Made by a program: the position numbers and the translations under genes. 64,000 nt of DNA, from assembly GCA_051294375.1 (NCBI GenBank), contig CM119266.1, positions 16,734,087-16,798,086 of the forward strand. Direction: 5' to 3'. Under the pieces are notes generated by a model. It did no database searches and was not told the DNA's origin. It saw only the letters and a program-made list of their open reading frames with translations. Positions 23,686 to 38,154 of the stretch are shown piece after piece (within the stretch, counting starts at the first letter, position 1; every line of letters starts with the position of its first letter). This stretch comes from Paraspadella gotoi. Taxonomy: Eukaryota > Animalia > Chaetognatha.

Positions 23686-26253
23686 ATGATGCCCTCGAGT
23701 TCGCGTTCAACAATCGAAAATCCGGAACGCTTAAAGATGTCTCCTGCTCACGGCTCCGTTGTGTTAAAGAAGCGGTGTTCCTTTTGTGCTAAATGTGTCA
23801 TCGATTTGAATCGTCACGCGAAAGAAGAGCCTCGTCGATTCTGTTGCAACATTTGCGGGAAAATCGTCTGTCGCCACTGGTTGCCGGCTCATAGAAAGAT
23901 TCATGGGGGTGTGGCGACTTTCGCCAGATGGAATCCTGAATACAAAACGATCGGCGAGTCGCCGTCCGTCGGTCGACCATCGAAGACGGTAAAGCGTAAA
24001 ATGGCAACATCGTCTGCGACAAAAACTTTTCGTGAAGGTCCTTCGAACGAACCTTGGTTAGCTGACAGTCGCCACACAGCGGGTAGGGACAACGGTGATG
24101 AACAGCCTCGTGGAAAACAACTGAAACAGAGCAATTCAAAAAAAGCTTTGGAGAACTCATTGAGGCGAAACAAAAAAAATGCTTCTTCTGAGAATTTTTT
24201 AATCTTAAAAAAGCAACAAGCATTTAAAGATAAAACTTTATTCAAGAATCGATCAATGCCCATTTTTGATAATAACGTTAAAGCTATTTCTGATTTCACA
24301 AGAACTAAATTAAAAAATGAAACGAAACTCTGTTTAAAAAAGTACAAGTGTGATTTTTGCGCGAAAAAGTTTTTTTCTTTATCTGGGAAAAGATATCATA
24401 CAATAACCATTCATCGAAAGAAACGCTGGACGTGCAATTCGTGCGGGCTGATCTTATCGCATCCGAGTTCTCCGGCTCGTCATAAAGAAATTCACGAAGG
24501 TGGCGCTACGTTCTCGATTTGGTTCGAACGCGACTCGGGAACCGTCTCCGAAGAAATATCAACTGGGTCTAGACACGTGTCGAAAAGATCCGGAAACATT
24601 AAAAAACTAATTATTAAATCCAAAACGGAGAAACAAACTAAAAGCCCCGGTGATAACGAATCATTTACAAGCATGAAACGAAATCGACGTGGACTTCAAA
24701 ACCGAAGGCGAAAAGGTGAGGCGATAAAGAAACGATGGCGCTGTGAAATTTGCGCCGTGATCTTTTCAACTTTAGAGGTGTTCGGTCAACACAATCAGCG
24801 CCATTTTGAATCGACCAAGGACAAAGATAATTGGGAAAAGAGCATCGCCGAATTGGAAACGGAATACGAATTGAATGAGAAGGAAGTAATTTTGCCAGTG
24901 AGAAGAAAACGGAGGGTGATAATTGACAGTGATGACGACGACTATGACAACGAAAGTCGACAACTTCATCAGGTCATCACCGTTAAAATTTCTAAAGGAA
25001 AATGTGATGATATTAGCAGAGAGCATGACGATGGCGATGCAGACGACGAAAATTATTTTGGCGACACCTTAATTGAAAAAGTCAAAGGATCCGCCAATTC
25101 GGAAAACGATCATCACAAATCTCTTGACCGTTGCAATATTGCAAAAAGTACCACCACTGAAAACAGTAATCAAGACCACAATGATAAATGCGAAAACGAT
25201 CTGAATGAAACCGTTGAAGACTTGAAGCTGAAGTGTGCCAGTGAAGATGTTCCTAACATCTTGGATGGTCATAATAGCGACGTTGAAGACGATACTGCCC
25301 TGGATACAGACGACTACATAAACGATGACGAAGACCAAAACGCCGCAAGCAAAATTTTTGATAACGACGCCAACCTGGAAGCTCCTGATGAGGAAGGGGA
25401 TGGAGATGGAGATGGAAATGAGGATAGAGATGGGGATGAAGATGGGGATAGGGATGCGGATGCTAAAAAAAAGGCAGCGGCGAACGGAGAGATAGATGGC
25501 GACCAGGAATACAACTTCACAACCGGCAGAACCGACTTAACTTACCCGAACTGTCAAGACTGTTTTGAATCTCGTTCAACTCTTCTGGAAATGATTCGAA
25601 CGGAACGAAATATTTTAAGAAAAAGACTCGAGTCGCAAAACGAACCGTTTCTTGATGATGGAGAGTCGTCAGAGTTAAAAGACAATTTTTCAACGGAGCT
25701 GCAGCGGGAAATGAAGGAAAAGAATACTGCGCTGCAGCAATATTCTGACCATGGACAGTTAACTTCATCCCCTAATTTATCACCCTCGGTGTTACAACCA
25801 AAATCATCTTGTCTGGATGAAAATCCTATTTCTGAGGAGAGATTAGTCACGACAAGTATTTCTCCTCCGTCGCACCAATTACTAGATCTACTTGAAGGAC
25901 CCAAGGATTCGGAATCACAGCTTGCTTCTCGGTCAAAACTAATATGTAGTATGACGAGTACGTGCTGCGTTTGTTATTCTAATTTCTCACGTGATTCGGA
26001 TGAATACCGAGAGCACCTTTTGCTCCACTTGGAATTGTTCCGAAGCTTTACCAGGTGTCCGATGTGCGAACGTGACTGCGGGTGCTACCGCATCATGACC
26101 GAACATTTTATGTTAGTTCACGCCAATGTACAAAAGATCGTATGTCGAGGAAACAACTGTGATCGAACATTCTGGACAGAGAAGTGTATGCAACTGCATG
26201 CGGTGAATCACGCCTCGAAAAATGACTGCCCTGAGTCTATTCTTCTCGATTAA
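23686..26253 (+). CDS. C2H2 zinc-finger gene B, 855 aa, paralog of gene A
   Basis: Long uninterrupted ORF. N-terminal SPAH motif shared with gene A, finger pairs with KKRWTC linker and FSIWFE tail, basic NLS-like stretches, a long acidic region and the C-terminal three-finger domain. Confidence 0.92.
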   Translation: MMPSSSRSTIENPERLKMSPAHGSVVLKKRCSFCAKCVIDLNRHAKEEPRRFCCNICGKIVCRHWLPAHRKIHGGVATFARWNPEYKTIGESPSVGRPSKTVKRKMATSSATKTFREGPSNEPWLADSRHTAGRDNGDEQPRGKQLKQSNSKKALENSLRRNKKNASSENFLILKKQQAFKDKTLFKNRSMPIFDNNVKAISDFTRTKLKNETKLCLKKYKCDFCAKKFFSLSGKRYHTITIHRKKRWTCNSCGLILSHPSSPARHKEIHEGGATFSIWFERDSGTVSEEISTGSRHVSKRSGNIKKLIIKSKTEKQTKSPGDNESFTSMKRNRRGLQNRRRKGEAIKKRWRCEICAVIFSTLEVFGQHNQRHFESTKDKDNWEKSIAELETEYELNEKEVILPVRRKRRVIIDSDDDDYDNESRQLHQVITVKISKGKCDDISREHDDGDADDENYFGDTLIEKVKGSANSENDHHKSLDRCNIAKSTTTENSNQDHNDKCENDLNETVEDLKLKCASEDVPNILDGHNSDVEDDTALDTDDYINDDEDQNAASKIFDNDANLEAPDEEGDGDGDGNEDRDGDEDGDRDADAKKKAAANGEIDGDQEYNFTTGRTDLTYPNCQDCFESRSTLLEMIRTERNILRKRLESQNEPFLDDGESSELKDNFSTELQREMKEKNTALQQYSDHGQLTSSPNLSPSVLQPKSSCLDENPISEERLVTTSISPPSHQLLDLLEGPKDSESQLASRSKLICSMTSTCCVCYSNFSRDSDEYREHLLLHLELFRSFTRCPMCERDCGCYRIMTEHFMLVHANVQKIVCRGNNCDRTFWTEKCMQLHAVNHASKNDCPESILLD

Positions 26254-29200
26254 ATTTATCGTAATTTAGAATGTACATCCATACTTTACGAAAATATAAA
26301 TTAATTTGTTCATCCATTATTTCTTGACCAGTTAATTTTTTTGAGAAAAAATATATATAATTCCACAAATTACCCTATATAGCTAATTGATTACTACTCT
26401 CCCTTTTATCTCCAATGCTTCGACCAAATTCCCCTTCTGCTTTCTTCCCTCGATCATCCTTCTCTTCCGTTCTCCGTTTGACCCCAATTTAACTGTGGTC
26501 AAAGGTCGGCGCCATCTTGGTTTTTGATCGTCCGACTAATGACAACTTTCGTAATTGAAAAGTTTGCTTGACGAAATCGGAACATAACCTTTGCTGGTAT
26601 AAAAAAAAATTGCTTAAACCGTAATTTTAAGAAATCTTTCAACTGCATCAATCAGTATATAATAGGCCAAATATAGTCATATTTTTTATATTTAATCTAA
26701 AAAGGTATCACGCAAGCCCTATTGCTCTATTCGTAGTGTTGCCCCAAAAAATTAAATATGTTTTTACGTATACAATTTTCTGTCATCTGCCATTGTACTA
26801 GTAAAAAGAAAAAAATCCCATGGGATTTTGTTTTCCTCAATTTTGATTAGAATGACTGTAAACACATTCGTTTATCCCGAAAATGTGCGCCGTCTATAAT
26901 AAATGTCGCCTAATCTTTCGTGAGCGCGCCAAGCGGAGAACTGTGGCAAATGTTTCACGTTCACGGACAATCGCTTTGCCCGTTGGCGCGTCATGGCGAC
27001 GCGTCGCTCGGGGGAGCGCGTTCCAGCAAAGGGGAAACCGATGCGAAGGGCAATTACTCGCGATTCATCTGTCGGTCAGAAGCAGCTATTGCCGCCACGG
27101 CTGTTGCCACTGGCTTTTAGTTTCGAGCCATTTCCGGTCTTTGTGGCTCCACCGGCCGATATTTCCGGGGGACCTTCGTTTTCGTCAAGGGGTGGCCGGC
27201 GAGGCTGAAATGGGATCATTGGGTCAAGCGGGTCGTGGGACACGTCAAGACGAAAACGAACCCTTGGACGTCTTGAACTTTTAGCCCCGAAACTTGTGAA
27301 CTTTTAGAACGAGTTACGATGTATTTAAATGCGACGGGTTTAATTTATCATGTCTGCTATTATTTATGAGATTGATAGCTTTTAGGCATTATATGTATAA
27401 AATGTAGTATATGTCTCAAGTTTTTGGAATAAAACTATCGGTAAATCTCCATGTCCTGTGCATGATCTTCCTCGAAGATTTTTGATTGGCTGCATTAACC
27501 GCTCCATTTAAACGGCATCTATATTCAGCACCGTCTGCGAACAATGACCTCCTCTCACGATCGCGACTTTAAAAAGAACGACAATGGACGATTTTGTATT
27601 GTTTCCTTTTTATTGTCTAGATGAAGATAAATTTAAGATTTCTGAAACAATATTTTCATCCGTTGACAAAACAAAAGGCAGAATCGTCTTCATGTCATTT
27701 TACGTTGGTGAAAGTTTCTTCGCTGGGCGCCAAGCTACGAAACGTCACAATAATCCAAAGAAAACAAAAAGAAGAGAGAGAGAGAGCACGAAACGAAGTG
27801 GAAGAATCTTAGATTAAACAGACAAGAAATAAATATATAAAATAACTTAAAAATAAACTTAAACATAAACACCAATGTTACCCAAAATAAATTTTGGGTA
27901 ACATGACAGCTTGAATCACATTAAAATATCTCTCTCGCCCCTCCCTCCTCTGTTTCACCGCTTCCCTTCTTTTCTTCCTTCCTCACTCTCCAGTCTCCAC
28001 TCTTTCAAATATTTCCTTCTATGGAAACTCCCAAACAAAGTGACAGTTTCAAAATCTCTCTTCCCGTCTTGGCAATATTGCCCAAGTTAAAAGGCCAAAT
28101 GGCGAGAGAAAGAGTTTTTTTTTTCCTCGATCGGCGGATTTTCGCGGCCGGCGGACTTCGGTGCTTCAGAGCTCGGCCCCGGCGCCTCACGCTCGGCCCC
28201 GGCGCCTCACGCTCGGCCCGGATGCGTCGTGGATTCGACGGAGAGATCCTCACGCGTCTTCTTCCTCCACGGAAACCTCGGCGCGTGCAGAAAACGCGTT
28301 TCCATGAAGAGGAGTGCGTCGAACCGGAAGAGGCGACGAGGTTAAACGAGAAGAGGCGTTCATGTTGAAAGAAAAGTAATTGTCCCTGTATTAAAAAAAA
28401 AGTATGTAAATATCCCCCTTTTTATAGAAGAAACATTTCAGCTGAAGTTCTTATATGAAAATNNNNNNNNNNTTAACCTGTTAAATCTGGGCGACGATTT
28501 ATACTTGTTTTTCTTTTTTTTCATTAACAAGTAAGAAAATTGAATCGATATCAGCGCTTGTTCTTTCAGCGTCTTCCTTTTCGCAGCGCCGGGTTCACTT
28601 TTAATCAAGCAGACCGGAGGGCGTTTCGCAATTCCAATCAATTCTCCCTCCTCCACCGGGACTCCCACTTCATCATCGTTCGCATCATCTCAACCTTGCG
28701 ATTCTCTATCGCCGCGCCCTCCATCGACAAGAATCTCACCTCGCCTCATCTCCCTACACCACTCAGTCTTTTACGCTTCGAGGGGGAAAAAAAAAGAGAG
28801 AATGAGAGAAGGGAAATGGGGATCCCCTCGGGAACGGCGAGGTGCTAAACGAGTCAATAAACAATCCCATATTTTCATGGAGGGAAAAAAACATTGTCTT
28901 CCTTTTTTTTTCGTTTCCTTTCTTTTCCCTTTGTCTTCCTTCTTGCCTTCCTCCTTCGTATTCGAGGAACAACGGATGCGCTTTTGTTTTGACCGGAGAA
29001 TCAGCGGCGCCGCCGTTGTTCCCTTCTCAAAGTCTCGGGGAGGAACAAAAAAAAAAAAAATGGAAAGCGAAAAAAGGGGGAAAAAAGAGAAAATACAAAA
29101 GGGAAAAAACGAAGCGAGACAAAACAATTGTGTAATTATGAATATTAAAGTAAAATAAATTGGGGAGAGAATTAGTGACTCCAGACAGACACAGTGCTCC

Positions 29201-29722
29201 GGCAATGGACAATGAACATCCAATATTAATTTTTTAGGACAAGACGTCGGTCACATTCCATTGACCTTTTGTTTCCCGCGCTAAATCGTCATTATCGGTT
29301 CTCGCGACCTCGTCTGTCTTCTCGCCCAAGCGGTTAAAGAGATTGACGTGCGTGAATTGCGTAACGAAATTACAGAAAAAAGTGTGAAAAGTCGTTAAAG
29401 AGATCGATAATGATATGGCTAATTTGGATTTGTGCTCTTAGTTGAGTTTCACAAGGTGTCTAACTTTTTACTTCGCCACTTTGAATGAGTTAGAAAATAA
29501 TAAATATCTAGACATTTGTAAACAAAATTACCGAATAACTAATAATTTATTTTTTAGTCATGTTTAATTTTAATAAGTACGTACGTCTTTAAATCACCAT
29601 TTTCTTGAATAAATGAACCAATAACAAATACGTAGCAATACGAAATACTAAATTGCAAATACCCGGTGAGATTCATTCTGAATGTTGTGATATTTATGAT
29701 AATAAATGAGCGCCCGAAAACC

Positions 29723-31179
<1,457 letters not shown>

Positions 31180-32684
31180 TTTGCAGACGGAGGTCCGGAT
31201 CAGTAAGCTGAAATGTCGCAGGTAAGTGTGGGAGGGAATGCTGAAAGTCGATGGTTATGTGTGACGACAATTACTGAGATAATTTCTGTTTCCGTTATAA
31301 CTAAAAGACACTTATAAAAATAATAGGTACGAATCGACGAGAACGAGAAAAAAAAACGACGACTCGTGAAAGTCACGACGAGATTTGGGTTCGAGCGGTC
31401 AAGTGAGGTGTGAGGCTGTGTGAATATTTAATGAACGGACGTAGACGTCACCACCGAAGATCATCACGGCGAAATCGGCGAGGTCGCATTAACATTTCAT
31501 GTTTTATGACCTGAGCGTTAGTTTTTATAGTTGTTGTTATTCTTGTGCCGTTTTCAATAAGTGCCGCGTCGTATTCCTATTTTGCGCCTGACCACGTCTT
31601 TCAACGAACCTTTTTTCATTACAGAATAGAACAAAATTGATTTTATTCACATTTTTTAATCGATCCTTTGGCTTTGTTTAATTTTTTATAACTGCTTGCG
31701 CAGAAAAATAAGAAGCAAGTAAGAGAAATAAGATAAAGCCGGTTTATTCAGCCATTTCTCCGGTTGACGATAAACCAGATTCGCCCCAAAATACAAAAAC
31801 TGCTCTTTTTCCTTTTGAGTTTCGTCTGCTAAAAACCTGAAAGGATCGAACCAGTCGTCCGGGGTCTATACGAGTGGACGATACTCGTACGTAATCCGGA
31901 GGCTTCTCAGAGCCGAGGCCCCAAAGAAAAGAAGAACAGAAGAGCAACGAATTAATTACAAATTAATCACGAAAATAATACTTAATGGATTAGTCCTTCT
32001 ACACAATTGAAACATTCTTTAAAATATTTTACCACTTCCTTTACAAGGTACTCTGAGAGTGAATAAAGGAAACTGATAACAGATATGTAATTATCTTGTA
32101 GGAGTGATGGAGTCTGTGGCAAGATTTTTATTAAATGAATGGATAATTTTATATTGGTTGTACCAATTTTATTATAGTTTTATTTTATTTCACTAGAGAA
32201 TTAATAATACTAGCATGAAGAAGCTCAATCAAACGCAACTCGTGTTTTTCTTTTAAGCCGTGCCACTTAATTAGAAATAAGCCTGCTGCGGTTCTCACCG
32301 AACTCAACTGGGAAATAATTCTTTTATATGAATCATTATGTATTATTGTGCTTTTTTTTAAATAAGCACAGAAGTTATACATTTTAAAAAAAAATTGAAT
32401 TTAAAATTCTAAATCGCAGGCGCATGAGCGGGCGAACGCAAAGTGCAGCTTCCTCGCGAGGCCCTTTTCCTCTGAAATGTCGGCGACATCAATCATCGTC
32501 CGTCTCGAGTCTCGCTGCGTCGAAACTTCCATAAAAATTCCATCACCGGCGCCGGAGATTTACAGCGCCGACGGGAAGTCGCGCGCCGGCCGCGGTGCCC
32601 GACGGTGGCGTTGTATCGACGATGGCGTTCGAGGTCGTTACATCGGGAATTTAAAACTTCGGGCTCTATCATCCTGAGTTTTGG

Positions 32685-32778
<94 letters not shown>

Positions 32779-33687
32779 TCAGAGTAAAGAGGAGATGGAG
32801 CGGAAATTGCGGTAAAACGACTCTGCGCAGAAATTCCCAGATTCCGTTTTTTTAAATATTTGATTTCAATTTAAATCGAGTGAACGAAGAAGCGGTAGAA
32901 GCGGAAAAGTCGGAAAAAGAGAAGCGGGGAAAGCAGAGAAGTGAACACTCCTAAGACGAGAAGCAAAAAAATATAAGAATAAATAAATAACTATTAATAT
33001 CCGTTCAGGTTATATGAATGAAAGCTGAGAAGACGTAAACTTAAATCTGAAAAATAAAATAATGCACGTCTTTCTCTCCCCTTCCCCCTTCCTCTTTCCT
33101 TTCCTCCCTCTCTATTGAAACGAATTTATTGCTCCCTCGAGTTTTTTTCGGCTTTTGAGTTACAATTCTTCCATCGTTGACCCCGTGGCCCAGGATCGTC
33201 GCCTTAACGACTGTGAGAACCCGGAAACTCATAACCGGAATTCGGGGCAGGGTTTCTCCGGAAACTCAGGTGGAATGTTCGGGCGTATAATCCGAATGAT
33301 TCGCAAGATTAGAATGATTTGAACAACGAAACAAAATCCTAACTTTTCTTAGAGAGTCTGCGGTCAAGAGTAACAACAATTTAGTATATGAATAGATTTG
33401 GGAAAATATCCTTTAACTGTATTACTAAATTTGAACTCTCCAAAATGTAGCGAATTATAAAGGAGGAACCCCGACGCGGAGATCCGTCGAAATTTATCGA
33501 GTGTTCCCGACTTATCGACCGTCGGGCGTTGGGAGCGAAAACTAATGGGCCGATCTAGAATTCGAGGCAGAGAGGGATTAAGAGTTACGCTCGAGATTTG
33601 GAGTGGAAGGATGTATGTACCTGAAAGGGTAAGAAAGAAAGAATGGAAAGAAAGAAAGAAAAAAAGAAAGAAAGAAAGAGGAAAAAA

Positions 33688-33721
<34 letters not shown>

Positions 33722-34362
33722 AAGAACGATAATTCTAGAAGAAAAACGAAGAGGAAAAAAAAAAGGAAAGCGAGCCGGCGCAAAGATGTGCGAGGAATCC
33801 GGGGCGGAAGAAGGATGAAATATTCCTCGCTCGTCGATGGATCAAAACTGGGGAGAGGATGATTTATCGCTTTAACTAATCACGTCCTACTACTAGGTAA
33901 TTAATAAAGTTTTTTTTTTTGAGCGCCGCCTACTTTCAGCAGCCTCTCACCTCGTTCTCTTTCTCTATGTATCCGAGATTAATATAAGCGCTTCATTAGC
34001 CGAAAGACAAATCATCTACTTGGCTCTGACATTTATTAATCCTATCGGCCTTTGCCACTCCGCTTGAAATAGATTCGCCGAGATGTACTCCGCCGGTTTC
34101 CCGCCGACCGCGCCAGGGCCGAAGAACCCGCCGACGCAGCGCCACCTTCACCCCATCTTATGTTTATTTTCCGTCTAACTTCTTTTCACTCCCAGGTTCC
34201 TAAACATCAGCGAATCTCCCTCTCTCCATCATCACTTCCAGCCCCAGCTTCGTTTCGACCCAACGACGAAGCGCGGGAAAGGTGAAGGAAGCAGGAGAGC
34301 TGATAAAGCGGAGGTAGTTAACCTCTTCGTTGGAGCGTGACTGTAATGCAGAGACGCAGAGA

Positions 34363-34436
<74 letters not shown>

Positions 34437-34543
34437 AGGGCGTGCCTTGTAATAAGGGGGTTATCGCCTTTCTGGGACTCCCGACGCAAACGAAAACTGA
34501 CGGAAAAGGATGAAGAAGAGATTTTCGATTCATCCGAGGCAAA

Positions 34544-34621
<78 letters not shown>

Positions 34622-34791
34622 ACTAAGCTTGGAGTTAAGAATTGAATTACTTTTGGTGAAAGGACGATGTAAATTTACAAAGCGGATCTTATTTATACTA
34701 ATACTTTGAAGGGAAAATTTTAACCAATTTTGCGCATTGTACACGCAACAGAACTTCATAGAACGCTGCATTCTCCATTTTGGTACGTTTA

Positions 34792-35101
34792 TTTTTTAGT
34801 TGCGCCGCGGAGCAACTCTATAAGTCACTTTCGGTCGGTCTGTCGGTTTGTCGGTTGGTCGTTTGGTCTGTCTGTTTGGTCAGTCGGTATGTCTGTCCGT
34901 CGATCTGTCGCACTTTTGTTAAAAATGTTCATAAGTCTTTAAAATAAAAAATCTTCAAATCTTAGTGACTGCTAGCGCCGCTTTCAGGAAATCCTCAAAC
35001 TATAAAGAATAAATGCTTGTCATAAATACACGGGCGAAGAAAGTTATTGTAGTCATGTGATCACATGAAAATAAAGTCACTGCGGCGCAACGCTTATTTT
35101 T
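34792..35101 (+). mobile_element. DINE-1/HINE-like non-autonomous Helentron-type element
   Basis: T-run start; GTTGCGCCGC (34799-34808) inverted at 35082-35091; short internal inverted repeat AGTTGC..GCAACT; GTCG/GTCT-type microsatellite 34832-34910; palindrome TCATGTGATCACATGA (35053-35068); T-run end. Confidence 0.55.
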
Positions 35102-35279
35102 GTCCTATGCACTATCTCATCAACATCTCATTGTCCCTGAATGTTCCATTCGACACGCCACACACGGTTGCGCCGCGGCACGACCGCTACAGTGGTGAGC
35201 GGGCGTTAGACTAAACGTCCTCATGGGGATTTGGCATTGGGCGTAACAGCGTCACAAGAACAAGACGTGTCCGGATACA

Positions 35280-35580
<301 letters not shown>

Positions 35581-36232
35581 AAAGGACGATGGATTGGCTG
35601 TAATCTCAACCGAGTGTATTTTGATTGCTTCTCGCCTGCAATAAAAACTCAATACTCTTGGGAACCGAGGAAAGCAATCACGTCTCAATCTTTTCAGACT
35701 TCACTTTCGCATCCCGATGATTCGCCCGACGAATAATGGACCGACAAATGTTCGCCAAACAAATAATCGAAATCAATTGCACCATGAGTGCTCAACCAAT
35801 GATGATTGAAGAGTCACTAAAAGAATAGGGGTTAAATAATAGTACTTTTATCCCGTTAAAACTGTTAAAAAATATTTTAAAATATTTGGGCCATTTATAC
35901 GTAGATAACGAAGTCAACTTTCCTTTTTTTCAGACGGAGTGGCATTCTTTTTAGTTATATTAAGTTAGGGGCAAGGTAGTTTATTTATTGAATGGATGAA
36001 TCTTGAATGACTAAGTATATTGAACAATGAAAAATTGTTTGATGAATTAGCAATTAATCGAAACAAGCATGATTGCATTAACAATTGCCCGACGAAGAAG
36101 ATTGTGATTGAATCGCCAGAGGAATTAGCGCCGAACCAATCTTTCCCTGGTTTATGTTTATGTTCGTGTTTTATGTCGCTAATGTATGTTTCTCATCCGC
36201 TTCATTCCGGTCTCTCTCTCCTTTCTCTCTCT

Positions 36233-36285
<53 letters not shown>

Positions 36286-36301
36286 TTCCTCCTCTCTTCC
36301 T

Positions 36302-36359
<58 letters not shown>

Positions 36360-37811
36360 TTCTCATCTTTCACAAAACAATTTCCTCTCGAGGAATCCTC
36401 CAGGATTCTTTCTCTATAAGTTGAATACTCCGACCTTTCACGGTTGTAAGAATGAACCAAAGTCAGAGAGGGATAGAGCGCGAGACAGAGACAGAGAGAG
36501 AAAAAGAATTGCCAAGATGCGTTCACTGGGTTAAATTGTGGTTTTTATGGCTCGTATCGATTGTCGATTAGCAACGGCAAAGAATCAAAAGCGACGTTCG
36601 AAGCTCGAAATTTTTTGCTGCATTTGAAAAAAAAATTATCTCTCTTTTTTTTTTGTTTGATGTTCTCTTCTCTCTCGTTTGTTTGCTTCTCTCTCGTTAA
36701 CTGACGATAATTCAGCTTAGAAGTTCCTGAACGCCAGAGAGCTGTCGCGCGACTTGTCACAAAACCTGTCACGGGCCTCTTTTCAAAGAACTAGGAAAAG
36801 TGGAAACAGAAAACATAGGAAGAAAAAAAAAAGTTGACGAGTTTTCAAAACTGATGGAATCTCCGCGTTTTCCACCCGAAGCTCTTCTTCCCGCCAAAAC
36901 CCGCAACCTCTCATCCCTCTCATTCTTCCCACTCTGCTTCGTTCCATCGAGGCTGGCAAAACGAGAAATTGCATTCTTCCTCACATCTTCTGTAATTGAA
37001 GATTTTTATTCTTCTTTTTCTTCTCGGCCGCAGTTTCTGAGGAGATTTGATAAACAATGAGATATGAGCTTCAATGCCCCTTCCGATTTTGTTGTGCGAT
37101 GAGCCAACTATTGCCAAGACGCCGAGGCCGAACGTCATCGCCCCGTCACCGCCGCACCGTTACCGCCGCTGCCGCTGCCGCTGCCGCTGCCACTGTCGCT
37201 GCCGCCGAAATCGAGCGCATTGACAAATAGGCTTTCTTTTACTCGACCAAAAGCGTCTCGCGCAAGATTTCGCTGTCTTTTGATTACACCAATGTTCGGC
37301 GCTGCCGTCTGGCGTTGTTTACTGGCGTCGCCGAAAGTGAGACGTTGAAAAGAAAAATGGAGGCTGAAAAAAGAATGTATCGGGTAATTGTAAATTTTTG
37401 TATTTTACCATTAAGGTGAGTTTTTGGAAACAATGCTCAGTGTTTCTTTAAATATGTTTATTATGACGCTTATCACTACGCGGACCACGACTAAACTGAT
37501 CGCAGACCAATTGACAAGAATATAATATTATTTTGTTAAAAGTCATTGATTTTACTTCACAAGTATTTAAACGCGCGGGTAGAGGACGCTGTGAACGCCG
37601 AGGCGGTCTTCTTCTCAACCTGTCGTCACCACAACGACAATCAACGGAAAGGAAAACGCTTCGGAGACTTTTCCACTAATTAGCTTTCGTCGAAAAAGAG
37701 AATTTTGAAAAGGAAGAAAAGTTAGGGATTGTAAGGAAGGAAATAAAATCTTTTATCTCTTCTGTCGGCATCAAACCTTTAAAATTGCAATTTTGTTTCG
37801 TCTCCTACCAT

Positions 37812-37842
<31 letters not shown>

Positions 37843-37867
37843 NNNNNNNNNNNNNNNNNNNNNNNNN

Positions 37868-37914
<47 letters not shown>

Positions 37915-38057
37915 CTCTCTGTCCTCTGACTCATGCCAAGCTCCCTTCCTGAATTTTCTCATCAAACTAAACACCCCAACCAGTCTTTGAGCGCCTCTAA
38001 TAAATCCAGAGTCTAAAAGCAAGAGTCACATAAACAAAAGGGAAAGGAGAGAGAGAA

Positions 38058-38133
<76 letters not shown>

Positions 38134-38154
38134 GAGAGAGAGAGAGAGAGAAAA

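Noticed and set aside
23798-25904. Antisense ORFs over zinc-finger gene B (and over the 59-62 kb gene)
   Set aside because: Shadow frames of the true coding strand.
31213-31227. Plus-strand ATG TCG CAG|GTAAGT head-to-head with NENF
   Set aside because: A single consensus donor can occur by chance in 64 kb; no downstream exon could be linked, and it lies only 33 bp from the NENF ATG.
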